Assembly: GCA_038321985.1 (NCBI GenBank)
Contig: JBBQFN010000002.1
Coordinates: forward strand, 1 to 64,000
Origin: Cyanophyceae cyanobacterium
Lineage (GTDB): Bacteria; Cyanobacteriota; Cyanobacteriia; Cyanobacteriales; Laspinemataceae
DNA length: 64,000 bases
Direction: 5' to 3'
In this document: piece by piece, positions 9,501 to 17,171 of the stretch
Layout: every line of letters begins with the position of its first letter
Numbering within the stretch: position 1 is the first letter of the stretch
The notes under the pieces: generated by a model
What the model was told of the DNA's origin: nothing
Databases searched by the model: none
The model's input: only the letters and a program-made list of their open reading frames with translations
Position numbers and translations under genes: made by a program

Positions 9501-9558
9501 TGAGGAATTTTTGAATCAGGGATACATAAGCCTGCACTCTTTGTTCATCCATAGCCAC
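6508..9558 (-). CDS. TPR-repeat CHAT (caspase-like, clan CD) cysteine protease
   Basis: 48-aa TPR-like repeats (TLNNLG); CHAT motifs LILIPHRFLHLFPLHAL, HFSCHG (His), LVTLSACETG (Cys), SLWAVND, PYYWAGF. Confidence 0.92.
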   Translation of the reverse strand: MAMDEQRVQAYVSLIQKFLTCPGGEELQILNQSMELLDEGFVQMCEQVAAQLPEEGQQNQAAFLRDLAQQLGAFLASQGAGGNQQGLLQEFWQQLLQAEMEGSAAVVHQVMRQNMGLIVPALGDTIAQWLRGFLAQHPGQAEEVAGLVENTCTSIRQFPYGRYTEALEIAIRGYEVVLELGADNPEKRAQTLTNLGNAYRTQAEFGINPAANLREAIATYTEAADIRRRPGLETDLADTLNNLGIARSIQAEMGINSAANLDQAISAYDEAAAIIQGLGLEKDLWATVILNNLGNARIIQAEMGINPAANLERAISAYNEAAAIRRELGLNKHLSTTLYNLGNARLAQAQMEMDPSTNLERAISAYNEAAAISQQLGLGKDFSDTLNNLGVAHRTQVKMGINPAANLDRAISAYNEAVAISQQLGLARDLATTLNNLGFAYQAQFRLSGNSTSQKQKALENAYRSFQKALEQVEYLRGEIGADSERYKRNFNEQWNRVYRGMVEVCLELGNHTAAIEYADRSKARNLTELIVTHDAYPGGEIPAKVRQRLQQIRQAISEEDLRLKQDPNPDYTHISQLRDEFQAKYPYKPLKFAEIQSLLNDETAILEWYILGDKFLTFTLTNETLNLWQSSEKDRQNLIHWTDAYLHDYRNNKTQWQHELPQRLKTLAQILHLDEILQNLWEKFPNCKKLILIPHRFLHLFPLHALPVHYSNNQGASIAPLHDPVGAQCLRPIPLQELFPKGVAYAPNCQVLKQAQNRPRPQFNQLFAIQNPTKDLDFTDIEVAAIQSLFNPHHILQYDAAEKAAILDGDNLKNAHCTHFSCHGYFNFEDALKSALLLAKSEFTPPPPSEDQSRYIPLQNGNLLDLGKCLTIEDILRLDLSNCRLVTLSACETGITDFNSTSDEYIGLPSGFILAGAPNVVCSLWAVNDLSTALLMIRFYQNVKNGETVPLALKQAQIWLRDVTVEGLQVWSEPILAILDSFSQDELRCRLSKMDLRSKPFASPYYWAGFCAIGV
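7361..7414. repeat. GTAG-type REP doublet (perfect 23-bp inverted repeat, 8-nt loop) inside the CHAT gene
   Basis: gggcgcaagcattgcgcccctac-ggggtcat-gtaggggcgcaatgcttgcgccc; 54 bp, frame-preserving. Confidence 0.85.
8260..8990 (-). repeat. Tandem 144-bp (48-aa) TPR-like coding repeats
   Basis: taacccca recurs at 8281, 8425, 8569 (144-bp period) and 8719 (150 bp). Confidence 0.9.
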
Positions 9559-9684
9559 GCACTAGGTCGGGACAGCAGCCTCATTTTACCCCTTCTCCAC
9601 GACTGGTGAAACTGGGTTTATTCTCTGAAAAGATGATTTCTAATCAGCCTTAGACTCAAATCACTTTAAAACTCAACCCTTACC

Positions 9685-9900
9685 ATGACCCCTTAATCCA
9701 CCCAAAATCAACCCCAGCTCATCGAAGCACGAGTCAAAAGTCTGGAACTCGAACTCACTAAAATTAAACAAATCTTAGCCACCGTCACCCCCCCCCCACA
9801 AAAACCCTGGTGGGAACGCATTGCCGGGAGTCACACAAATGATCCCACCTTTGAATATGTAATTAAACTCGGCCAAGAATGGCGCAAAACTGACCAATAA
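9685..9900 (+). pseudogene. Antitoxin-like gene with a stop at codon 4
   Basis: MTP*STQNQPQLIEARVKSLELELTKIKQIL...KPWWERIAGSHTNDPTFEYVIKLGQEWRK; resembles small antitoxins found upstream of PIN toxins. Confidence 0.6.
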
Positions 9901-9915
9901 AGTGAGCTAACTCCG

Positions 9916-9981
9916 ATGTATATTCTAGATACTGACCATCTGAGTCTCATTCAATGCAATGGTGAACCGGGTCATTTGTAA
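9916..9981 (+). pseudogene. vapC: Truncated VapC/PIN toxin, N-terminal 21 codons only
   Basis: MYILDTDHLSLIQ, the PIN-domain N-terminal LDT motif, 15 nt after the antitoxin-like ORF; stops soon after. Confidence 0.65.
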
Positions 9982-10153
9982 GGGCGCTATGCCATTGTTG
10001 GTCCTGATAATAAGCTATGCCTAATTTTCCCAGAATTTCCGATTCGGCAGGGCGATTATCTGGGGGAGATTCGGTGCGATCGCCTCGGTTTCTCACTTGG
10101 ATTAACTCAGACTGTAATGCCTCAATTTGCTTTTTGGGAGTTGGCGGATTCAT
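9947..10153 (-). pseudogene. N-terminal fragment of a TPR protein
   Basis: MNPPTPKKQIEALQSELIQVRNRGDR...ESEILGKLGIAYYQDQQWHSAL is TPR-like and runs into the vapC fragment. Confidence 0.45.
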
Positions 10154-10336
10154 GGACCCATTCTCTCCAGTTACCGTGGCCCAAATGTAGCACAAATTTC
10201 ATCTTTTGTCTAGCCCAAGGGCAGTTTTTTGTACTGGAGTGGGGGTTCAAAAATCAGGCCCCATTCTCATCCGTAAATAATAGTAAGGCGTTACTACGAA
10301 AACCCGATGAGAGGTTGATTTTAATTATAAAAAATT

Positions 10337-10358
10337 AGCCCGCAGAGGCGGGCTTTAT
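10337..10358. terminator. Probable intrinsic terminator downstream of the ABC1 kinase gene
   Basis: agcccgc-aga-ggcgggct GC-rich hairpin flanked by A/T runs. Confidence 0.5.
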
Positions 10359-10397
10359 TCCTGTACCATCAGCCTTGAGGGTAGAGGCTGATAATGG

Positions 10398-12509
10398 CTA
10401 TTTCCTGACAGTTACATTATTGGGATAAGTGAGGACTGTGCCATTAGTTCGGGAGGGTGGGAGTTGTTTTTGAGTCGAGGGAGGGTAGGCTTTTTTTCCG
10501 TTGCCATTGACCGGCTCTTCTTTGAGGAGAACTTCCCGAATCAGTCTAGCTAGCATTCTTTGTGCTAAGTCTCCGGCTATTTTTTGACCCATACGTTGGG
10601 TTTCGGGTTTGAGGAGGAAGGGGGCGAGTTTTTGTAAGAATTCGGTGGTATTAAAGCCTTGGGTTTCTTGTAAGATATTCCAAATTCTTTTAATCCGCTC
10701 CATTTTCTCGGGGTCGCCACTGGCTAGGGTTGGGCTGGGTTTATTTCCTTTCCAGCCGACCCAATCCCGGAAGACGGAGGTGGCATTATTAAAGGCGTCG
10801 CGGGACAGGTTGTCCAAACTTTTTACTAATTCTTCGACAAGGCGATCGCGGATAAATTCTCCCCGTTCTGAAAACAAAAAGTCTAAGGCTTGATTCAATC
10901 CCTGGGAGAGGTCGTACTCGTCGCTCTCTCGGGCATTTCTCAATAGATTTTCTAATCGGTTCCAGCGAAATTCCCCATCTTTAAACAGCAGGTCTTTTAA
11001 TGAGCCCCGCAATTCTGGGGATGGATCAGTTAACAGGCGTTTAGCAACATAAGGATAGGCTTTACTCAGGACTTTAAAATTGGGGTCAACATTAATCGCA
11101 ATCCCTTCTAAGGTGACTAACGAGCGAATAATTAAGGCATAATAGGCGGGGACCCGGAAGGGGTACTCGTACATGATGTCCGAGAGTTGGTCGGTAATGC
11201 TCTTAAAGTTGAGTTCGGCTACACTGGCACCGAGGGCGTTATTAAAGACGTTGGCAAGGGCCGGAATAATCGGTGTGAGGTCGGTTTCGGGGGTGAGAAA
11301 TTCGAGTTTGACGTAATCTTTAGCTAATCCTTCAAAGTCGCGGTTGACGAGATGGACGACGGCTTGAATTAAGCCGTACCGTTGATAGGGTTTGACTTCG
11401 CTCATCATGCCGAAGTCAAGGTAAGCTAGTTTCCCATCTTGGGTGGCTAGGAGGTTGCCGGGGTGAGGGTCGGCATGGAAAAACCCATGTTCGAGTAACT
11501 GCCGCAAGGAACATTGGACACCGACTTCGATCAGATATTTGGCGTCGATGCCTTGGGCGGCTAAGGATTGCAGTTGGGTTAATTTGGTGCCGTTGATCCA
11601 CTCCATTGTGAGAACTCGACGTCCGGTATATTCCCAGTAAATTTTGGGGACGTAAATATCTTTGAGATGGCCATAGAGTTGATGGAATCGTTCGGCGTTT
11701 TCTCCTTCTTTGTTGTAGTCCATTTCTTCATAGATCCGAGTACCAAACTCGTCCATGATGGCTACTAGGTCGCTGCGAACTTGTTTGAGATTATTTTGCG
11801 CCCAGATTGCGAGTTGCCGTAAGACGTAAACATCGAGTCCCATGCTTTCGGCAAGGCCGGGACGTTGAACTTTGATGGCGACGGTTTCGCCGGTTTTGAG
11901 TTTGCCTTTGTAAACTTGGCCGAGGGAGGCGGCGGCAACGGGGTCTGGGGTGATTTCGGCATAGATGGCGCTGGGCCGATCGCCGAGTTCTTCTTCGATA
12001 AATTGGTAGGCGAGTTCGTTGGGAAAGGGCGGCAGTTGGTCTTGGAGTTTAGCTAATTCTTCTAGATACAGGGGCGGTACTAGGTCCGGGCGAGTGGAGA
12101 GGGCTTGCCCAACTTTAATAAATGCTGGCCCTAATTTAGTGAGGGTAATTCGTAGTTTTTCGGCGCGCTTTCGTTCGTTTTGTTTGACGCGACCCCATTT
12201 CTTATCCCTCCAAATTCCAAAGGCGAGGGTGAGGAAGGGCCACACAATCGCAAATCTGCGCCCCCAAACTTGCAGGGGCCGATCGCTATACAGTTCGGTG
12301 ATTGCAACGGGGTCGTACAGCAGGGCACTGCTGTCTACATCTGAGTATGCTGCCCCGGATTTGAGGGGTATCAGTGTAGTGGAGTCGGTGTCTAGGGTGA
12401 CTGGGGAATTTGTTACCCGTTCAGGAAAGGGGCTTAAACCGGGAGATTGTTCCTGAACGGTATCGGGTTGAGATTTGAGGGAGAGAGGAGAAACGGTCTT
12501 TATATCCAT
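10398..12509 (-). CDS. ABC1/AarF/UbiB family atypical protein kinase
   Basis: LGPAFIKVGQALSTRPDL, AAASLGQVY, VAIKVQRP, FFHADPHPGN, LDFGMM; start could also be 12524. Confidence 0.93.
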   Translation of the reverse strand: MDIKTVSPLSLKSQPDTVQEQSPGLSPFPERVTNSPVTLDTDSTTLIPLKSGAAYSDVDSSALLYDPVAITELYSDRPLQVWGRRFAIVWPFLTLAFGIWRDKKWGRVKQNERKRAEKLRITLTKLGPAFIKVGQALSTRPDLVPPLYLEELAKLQDQLPPFPNELAYQFIEEELGDRPSAIYAEITPDPVAAASLGQVYKGKLKTGETVAIKVQRPGLAESMGLDVYVLRQLAIWAQNNLKQVRSDLVAIMDEFGTRIYEEMDYNKEGENAERFHQLYGHLKDIYVPKIYWEYTGRRVLTMEWINGTKLTQLQSLAAQGIDAKYLIEVGVQCSLRQLLEHGFFHADPHPGNLLATQDGKLAYLDFGMMSEVKPYQRYGLIQAVVHLVNRDFEGLAKDYVKLEFLTPETDLTPIIPALANVFNNALGASVAELNFKSITDQLSDIMYEYPFRVPAYYALIIRSLVTLEGIAINVDPNFKVLSKAYPYVAKRLLTDPSPELRGSLKDLLFKDGEFRWNRLENLLRNARESDEYDLSQGLNQALDFLFSERGEFIRDRLVEELVKSLDNLSRDAFNNATSVFRDWVGWKGNKPSPTLASGDPEKMERIKRIWNILQETQGFNTTEFLQKLAPFLLKPETQRMGQKIAGDLAQRMLARLIREVLLKEEPVNGNGKKAYPPSTQKQLPPSRTNGTVLTYPNNVTVRK

Positions 12510-12534
12510 GAATTCGGGACCCACTTACGGAACC

Positions 12535-12552
12535 TATGTTAACGATTGTAAC
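12535..12552 (-). promoter_or_regulatory. Candidate HLR1 (RpaB-binding) direct repeat
   Basis: Minus strand GTTACAAT-cg-TTAACATA, one mismatch to (G/T)TTACA(T/A)(T/A)-N2 repeat, just upstream of the kinase start. Confidence 0.4.
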
Positions 12553-12796
12553 AATTCCGTCGCGGTCTGCTGAGAACTCCCTCGGGATCTAAGTCTGAGG
12601 TATGAGGAGGTCTAGGTTGTGATCGGGTGAAATTTTTAGAGGGTACAACGACGGAACGTAACGGGAGATTCGAGAACGAACTGCACGGTTGTAGAGCATC
12701 CGATGGCAGAGGGCCGATCGCCATTCCGTCGAAACCCAATCATCCAAAACCCGGATACCCCACAACTGGGAGGCCTTGGTTTTGGTTGCTTTTGTT

Positions 12797-13639
12797 TTAA
12801 TGTTCTGCCAGGTCCCAGGATTTTTTAGCAACCCAGGACCCATCCCACTCTTGGGTGGGGGGTTCTTTGAGTAATCGCTGGCAGCGCTTTAGGTGCAACC
12901 GCGCGGCGCGATCGTGGCTATCAATTTCTAAGACTGTGGCAAATTCACCCATGGCGATCGCAAACTTGCGACTCAGATAATATTGCCGCCCCAAGTCATA
13001 GTGCTCCATCACCTTTTTACTCTCGTCTGAAATCGGTTCTCCCTTGACTCCCAGATATTGATAAAGCGCCACCGGGGGATAGTTAGAACGCATCCGAATC
13101 CGGTCGAGTTCCCTGGCCCAAATTCGCTCCTCGCAGGCTCGATAAGTATTTTCTCCCAAGACAATATTGCAGCCATATTGGTTGCTGACTCCTTGGAGGA
13201 GATTGCCGAGGTTCACTCCGTCGCCAACGGCGCTAAATTGCAAGGACTTATTTTCAGCAATATTATTACTAATTGCCCAATCGGAGTTAATCCCGATCCC
13301 CATCTGAATCACAGGTTTATTTTGCCCTTGGCGATGCTGATTAAATTCCTCCAGCTTTTTGTGCATGGCGATCGCGGTTTGCAATGCCATCCACCCATGA
13401 TTTTCGAGGAATTGGGGTGCACCAAAGACCACAATTAGGCCGTTGCCAATACAGGCCACTTCTATCTGTTTCTCTCGATTTTGCCTATACCGATTCACGG
13501 CCTCCAGCATTGACTCAAAATAGTCTTGAAGCAAACTGGCGACCTCGGAGGCTTCTAAATTTTCCGTCAAGCTACTGTAGCCTGAAATTTCGGAGAATAA
13601 GACTGAAACTTCTTGGCGATCGCCGCTAGGATTTACCAT
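12797..13639 (-). CDS. Class III cyclase-homology domain plus TPR, catalytically degenerate
   Basis: Paralogous to the C-terminus of the upstream cyclase, but has FSEI, VACIGN and NLGNLLQ in place of FSDI, DKYIGD and NLGSRLE. Confidence 0.85.
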   Translation of the reverse strand: MVNPSGDRQEVSVLFSEISGYSSLTENLEASEVASLLQDYFESMLEAVNRYRQNREKQIEVACIGNGLIVVFGAPQFLENHGWMALQTAIAMHKKLEEFNQHRQGQNKPVIQMGIGINSDWAISNNIAENKSLQFSAVGDGVNLGNLLQGVSNQYGCNIVLGENTYRACEERIWARELDRIRMRSNYPPVALYQYLGVKGEPISDESKKVMEHYDLGRQYYLSRKFAIAMGEFATVLEIDSHDRAARLHLKRCQRLLKEPPTQEWDGSWVAKKSWDLAEH

Positions 13640-13760
13640 ATTCCATGCACATTGTCAACTACCTATCCAATCTTTCCTCAACCAATCAGGAGTAAGAACG
13701 ATGCTATCGCAGTATTCTGACTCCTGAATTCTAACCTGTACCCGGGCTTTCCACAGGATA

Positions 13761-16436
13761 CTACTTCTCCGTGAGATTCCAGACCCCATTCCAGTCATCC
13801 GATGGAGGTTCAATAACAAAATGCTGACATCGATCCATCTGTAAGGAAGCCGCCTTATTATTGTTATCAATTTCTAACACTTTACCAAACTCTTGGAGAG
13901 CTTTAGCAAATTGGCGAGAGAGGTAAAACTCGCGTCCCTTTGTGTAGGATTCGATAATTTGCATTTGTGTGTCCCCGATCGGGTCTGAGCGCAATCCCAC
14001 CAATTCATAAATCTTGACAGGTTCGCTTTTCCCTTTCACCGTAATAAAATCCAACTCCCGAACATAAACCTTGTCTGCACAAGGACTATAGGTTTTTTCA
14101 CTGATCACAATATCAGTGCCGTACATTTTGCTCGTCCCTTCTAAACGAGAACCCAGGTTGACCCCATCTCCAATAGAGGTTAATTCCATCCGTTTGCTGG
14201 ACCCGATATTGCCGCTAACCACCTCATCAGAGTGGATCCCAATCCCGATTTTGAGAATTTGCTTACCTGCGGCAGTCCGACCATGGTTAAACTCAATTAA
14301 CCGCCTCCGCATTTCTATCGCAGTTTGGACCGCACACCAGGCATGGTCCTTGAGGGGGAGCGGCGACCCAAATACCGCCATGATTGCATCCCCAATATAT
14401 TTATCCAGGGTCCCCTTGTACTGAAAGACCGCATCGACCATCGACTCAAAATATTCATTGAGCATAACGACGACATCTTCGGCCTCCATTCCCTCGGTGA
14501 GGGTGGTGTAGCTGCGGATATCTGAAAACAAGACCGAGACATCCTTGCGCTTACCCCCCAACCCGGTGTCCCCAGAGGCCAGTAACTGTTCGGCGACTTC
14601 CTGGGTCATGTAGCGGTACATGGTGCTCTTGAGTCGTTTCTCATCGCTAATATCTTCCATGACCACGAGAGCACCGTAGACATTAGTCGAGTCTGCGGCA
14701 TCGGCGATCGAGTTAATCGACAAGTTAATGCTGTGTTGCTCCTTTTCGTCTTTAGCAACCAGAGTTTGATCGGGATAATACTGTTGACGGGATTTTTCAT
14801 CTTTGGCCGCTAATGCAGCGTCAAACCATTTAGAAAAGTCCCCTTCTTTGATTTGGATTAACTCCCGTACCGATTTGCCTTCAATGCGATCGCCCGTTTC
14901 GAGACCGAGCAAATTGCGGGCGCTATCATTAGCGGCGATCGCATTGCCGGACCTATCCGTAGAAATCACCCCATTGCTCAAGCTGCGCAAAATATCCCGT
15001 TGCATTTGCTCTTGCTGCTTGACCGTGGCAAAGAGTTTGGCATTTTGCAACGCCACTCCCGCTTGGGTATTAAACGCCTGCATAAATTCCTGATCGGACC
15101 GATTAAAACTGGCTTTCCAGCAATCAGGGGCTTCGGGCCATTGAGTCCGGTCGTAGGGGGGATGTTCCCCTTGTTTTTTCTTGTTGACCAACTGAGTCAC
15201 CCCGATGAGTTCACCATCGGCGTTGAAAACCGGCATACACAATAAACTACAGGTCCGATACCCGCTTTGTTGGTCTACCCGCTTGCTGGTTTCCGAACCT
15301 AGATGGTCGTACAAATCAAATGGAATATTTAGGGGCTCTCCGCTTTTCCCCACAGTCCCGGCATACCCCACCCCCATCGGAATTCGGATTTCCTTAATCT
15401 CCCCTCCCGAACCAATGGGGATCTTTGTCCACAAGTCATTTTTCTCCCGGTCAATCAGCCATAAGGTGCTGCGATCGGCGTTCATCAGTTGCTTCGCCTC
15501 GTCCATCACCTTTTTGAGGGTTTCTTCCAGGTCGAGGCTACTTTTACTCAAAGACTGGGTAGCTGCCATCAGCGCTGCGGCGGCGCGTTGCCGCTGTGTT
15601 GCTTTGTAGAAAGACTTCGAGGATTCTAGAATTAACCGAATCGAGGGAGCAAATTCTTCAAAAACTCGTTCGTCTTCTTCCGTAAAGCCCCGAGCATTAA
15701 TCCTTTCGGACAATACCGCTTCCGAATCGTGGATTTTTTTTAACTTGTTGAGTAATTGGACGACCGCTACTAATGCCCCTTGTTCGTTTAAAAGCGGCAG
15801 ACAGAGCATCGTATAGGTGCGGTAGCCGGTTTTCTTGAATTGTTCCTTAGCTGCTCCGGAACGAGAATCATCAAAGAAATCAAAGGGAATATTAACAACC
15901 TTCTTAAACGTGGCCACTTCCCCAGCAATTCCCTTATCTGCCGGAATTCTGATTTCTAAAGCCTTCCCACCTGCTCCTTTAGCAATAATTGACCACAGTT
16001 CGTTCTTTTCTTCATCTAATAAAAATATCGTGGTGCGGTCCGCTCCGAGGAGTTCCCCGGTTTTTAGGGTAATGGAACGCAACATCTCATCGAGAATCGA
16101 GTCAAACCCTTGGGCGTCGAGGAGGCTGTCGAGCATCGACAAGGTTTGATTGACAACTTCCAGCTTCCCTTCCACATCTTTGACAACTTGAGTGAAGCTG
16201 TCTTTGTTGAGGGGGGCGAGAAAGCTGGTGAAGGTCCCATGAGCCGGAACTAATGACCCCCCGCCGCTACTGTTACTCGGCGCAGAGATAGAGTCGTTTC
16301 CGTTAACCGATGCAGATGCGGAACGTTGAAGATCTGGCTTGCCACCGTCAACGATTTGAGGGGTCACATCAATCACGGCACCAGCACTACTGTTGTTATG
16401 GTCCCAAGCCTTTGGATTTGGAGATGCAGCTGTCAT
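13761..16436 (-). CDS. cyaB: GAF-GAF-PAS class III adenylate cyclase with C-terminal TPR (CyaB1/CyaB2-type)
   Basis: Two GAF domains (ADRTTIFL/ADRSTLWL, NK..F...D), PAS, FSDIRSYT, DKYIGDA, TSIGDGVNLGSRLEG. Confidence 0.92.
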   Translation of the reverse strand: MTAASPNPKAWDHNNSSAGAVIDVTPQIVDGGKPDLQRSASASVNGNDSISAPSNSSGGGSLVPAHGTFTSFLAPLNKDSFTQVVKDVEGKLEVVNQTLSMLDSLLDAQGFDSILDEMLRSITLKTGELLGADRTTIFLLDEEKNELWSIIAKGAGGKALEIRIPADKGIAGEVATFKKVVNIPFDFFDDSRSGAAKEQFKKTGYRTYTMLCLPLLNEQGALVAVVQLLNKLKKIHDSEAVLSERINARGFTEEDERVFEEFAPSIRLILESSKSFYKATQRQRAAAALMAATQSLSKSSLDLEETLKKVMDEAKQLMNADRSTLWLIDREKNDLWTKIPIGSGGEIKEIRIPMGVGYAGTVGKSGEPLNIPFDLYDHLGSETSKRVDQQSGYRTCSLLCMPVFNADGELIGVTQLVNKKKQGEHPPYDRTQWPEAPDCWKASFNRSDQEFMQAFNTQAGVALQNAKLFATVKQQEQMQRDILRSLSNGVISTDRSGNAIAANDSARNLLGLETGDRIEGKSVRELIQIKEGDFSKWFDAALAAKDEKSRQQYYPDQTLVAKDEKEQHSINLSINSIADAADSTNVYGALVVMEDISDEKRLKSTMYRYMTQEVAEQLLASGDTGLGGKRKDVSVLFSDIRSYTTLTEGMEAEDVVVMLNEYFESMVDAVFQYKGTLDKYIGDAIMAVFGSPLPLKDHAWCAVQTAIEMRRRLIEFNHGRTAAGKQILKIGIGIHSDEVVSGNIGSSKRMELTSIGDGVNLGSRLEGTSKMYGTDIVISEKTYSPCADKVYVRELDFITVKGKSEPVKIYELVGLRSDPIGDTQMQIIESYTKGREFYLSRQFAKALQEFGKVLEIDNNNKAASLQMDRCQHFVIEPPSDDWNGVWNLTEK

Positions 16437-17171
16437 AAGATCTATAACTCTTTACTTCAGACCAGGAGTCAGCGAATTTCTTTGATTATGTGAGTGTCCT
16501 GCCGAGAACGCCGTCCCGGATTTGTTGCACAAAGCCTAGCAGATCCGGTAACTATCTCTTTAAGTTTACTCTGTCCATAAATAATTAGACATTTTGAAAT
16601 TAATTCTCGATGCGGGATTGCCCCCTCCTTGGGCGCTTTTTTTGGGGTCCTCTGGGATGTCCCTCTCCAGTTTGAACCCGAGTAACGAGGAAGAACCTTA
16701 AGGAGATTCTGACACTACCGGCTCAAATTCAATGTGACCCTTTCTACTATTTCTACCTTTTTTCAAAGTTTTTGATAAACGCTAAATGGATAATTGGGTT
16801 TGAATTGGTTTCTAGGGCAGCTTAACCCGTGGAATTGGACAATAAGGCGATTTATGAAGCACTGCGGTCTGTATCATTTTTTACAGGTAATGTTGAGGGT
16901 GGCAAAAGCATTGCTCGGTCCACCAGTCAGCCTGTCCTAGAGCCTGAAATTCGCTTTTATAGTTGTAACATCTTTTGGAAAATCAGAAACCTTAGTTCTG
17001 AACTGAACAGGACTTACACGGTGACTCTGTGGAGGGGGACAGTCTTCTTACAAGTCTAGGTTTTTATACGACAAAGGCTATTTAACCGCCAAAAATACTA
17101 AAAGTCTACAAAAACCGACGCTTAATGCCAGGTACGTCTACCTGGAGAATGGGGGAAAATTTAAGGGGCAA

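Noticed and set aside
14116..16149. Numerous antisense ORFs within cyaB (likewise in recN, GH31, GDE, glyA, kaiC)
   Set aside because: Shadow frames of well-supported genes
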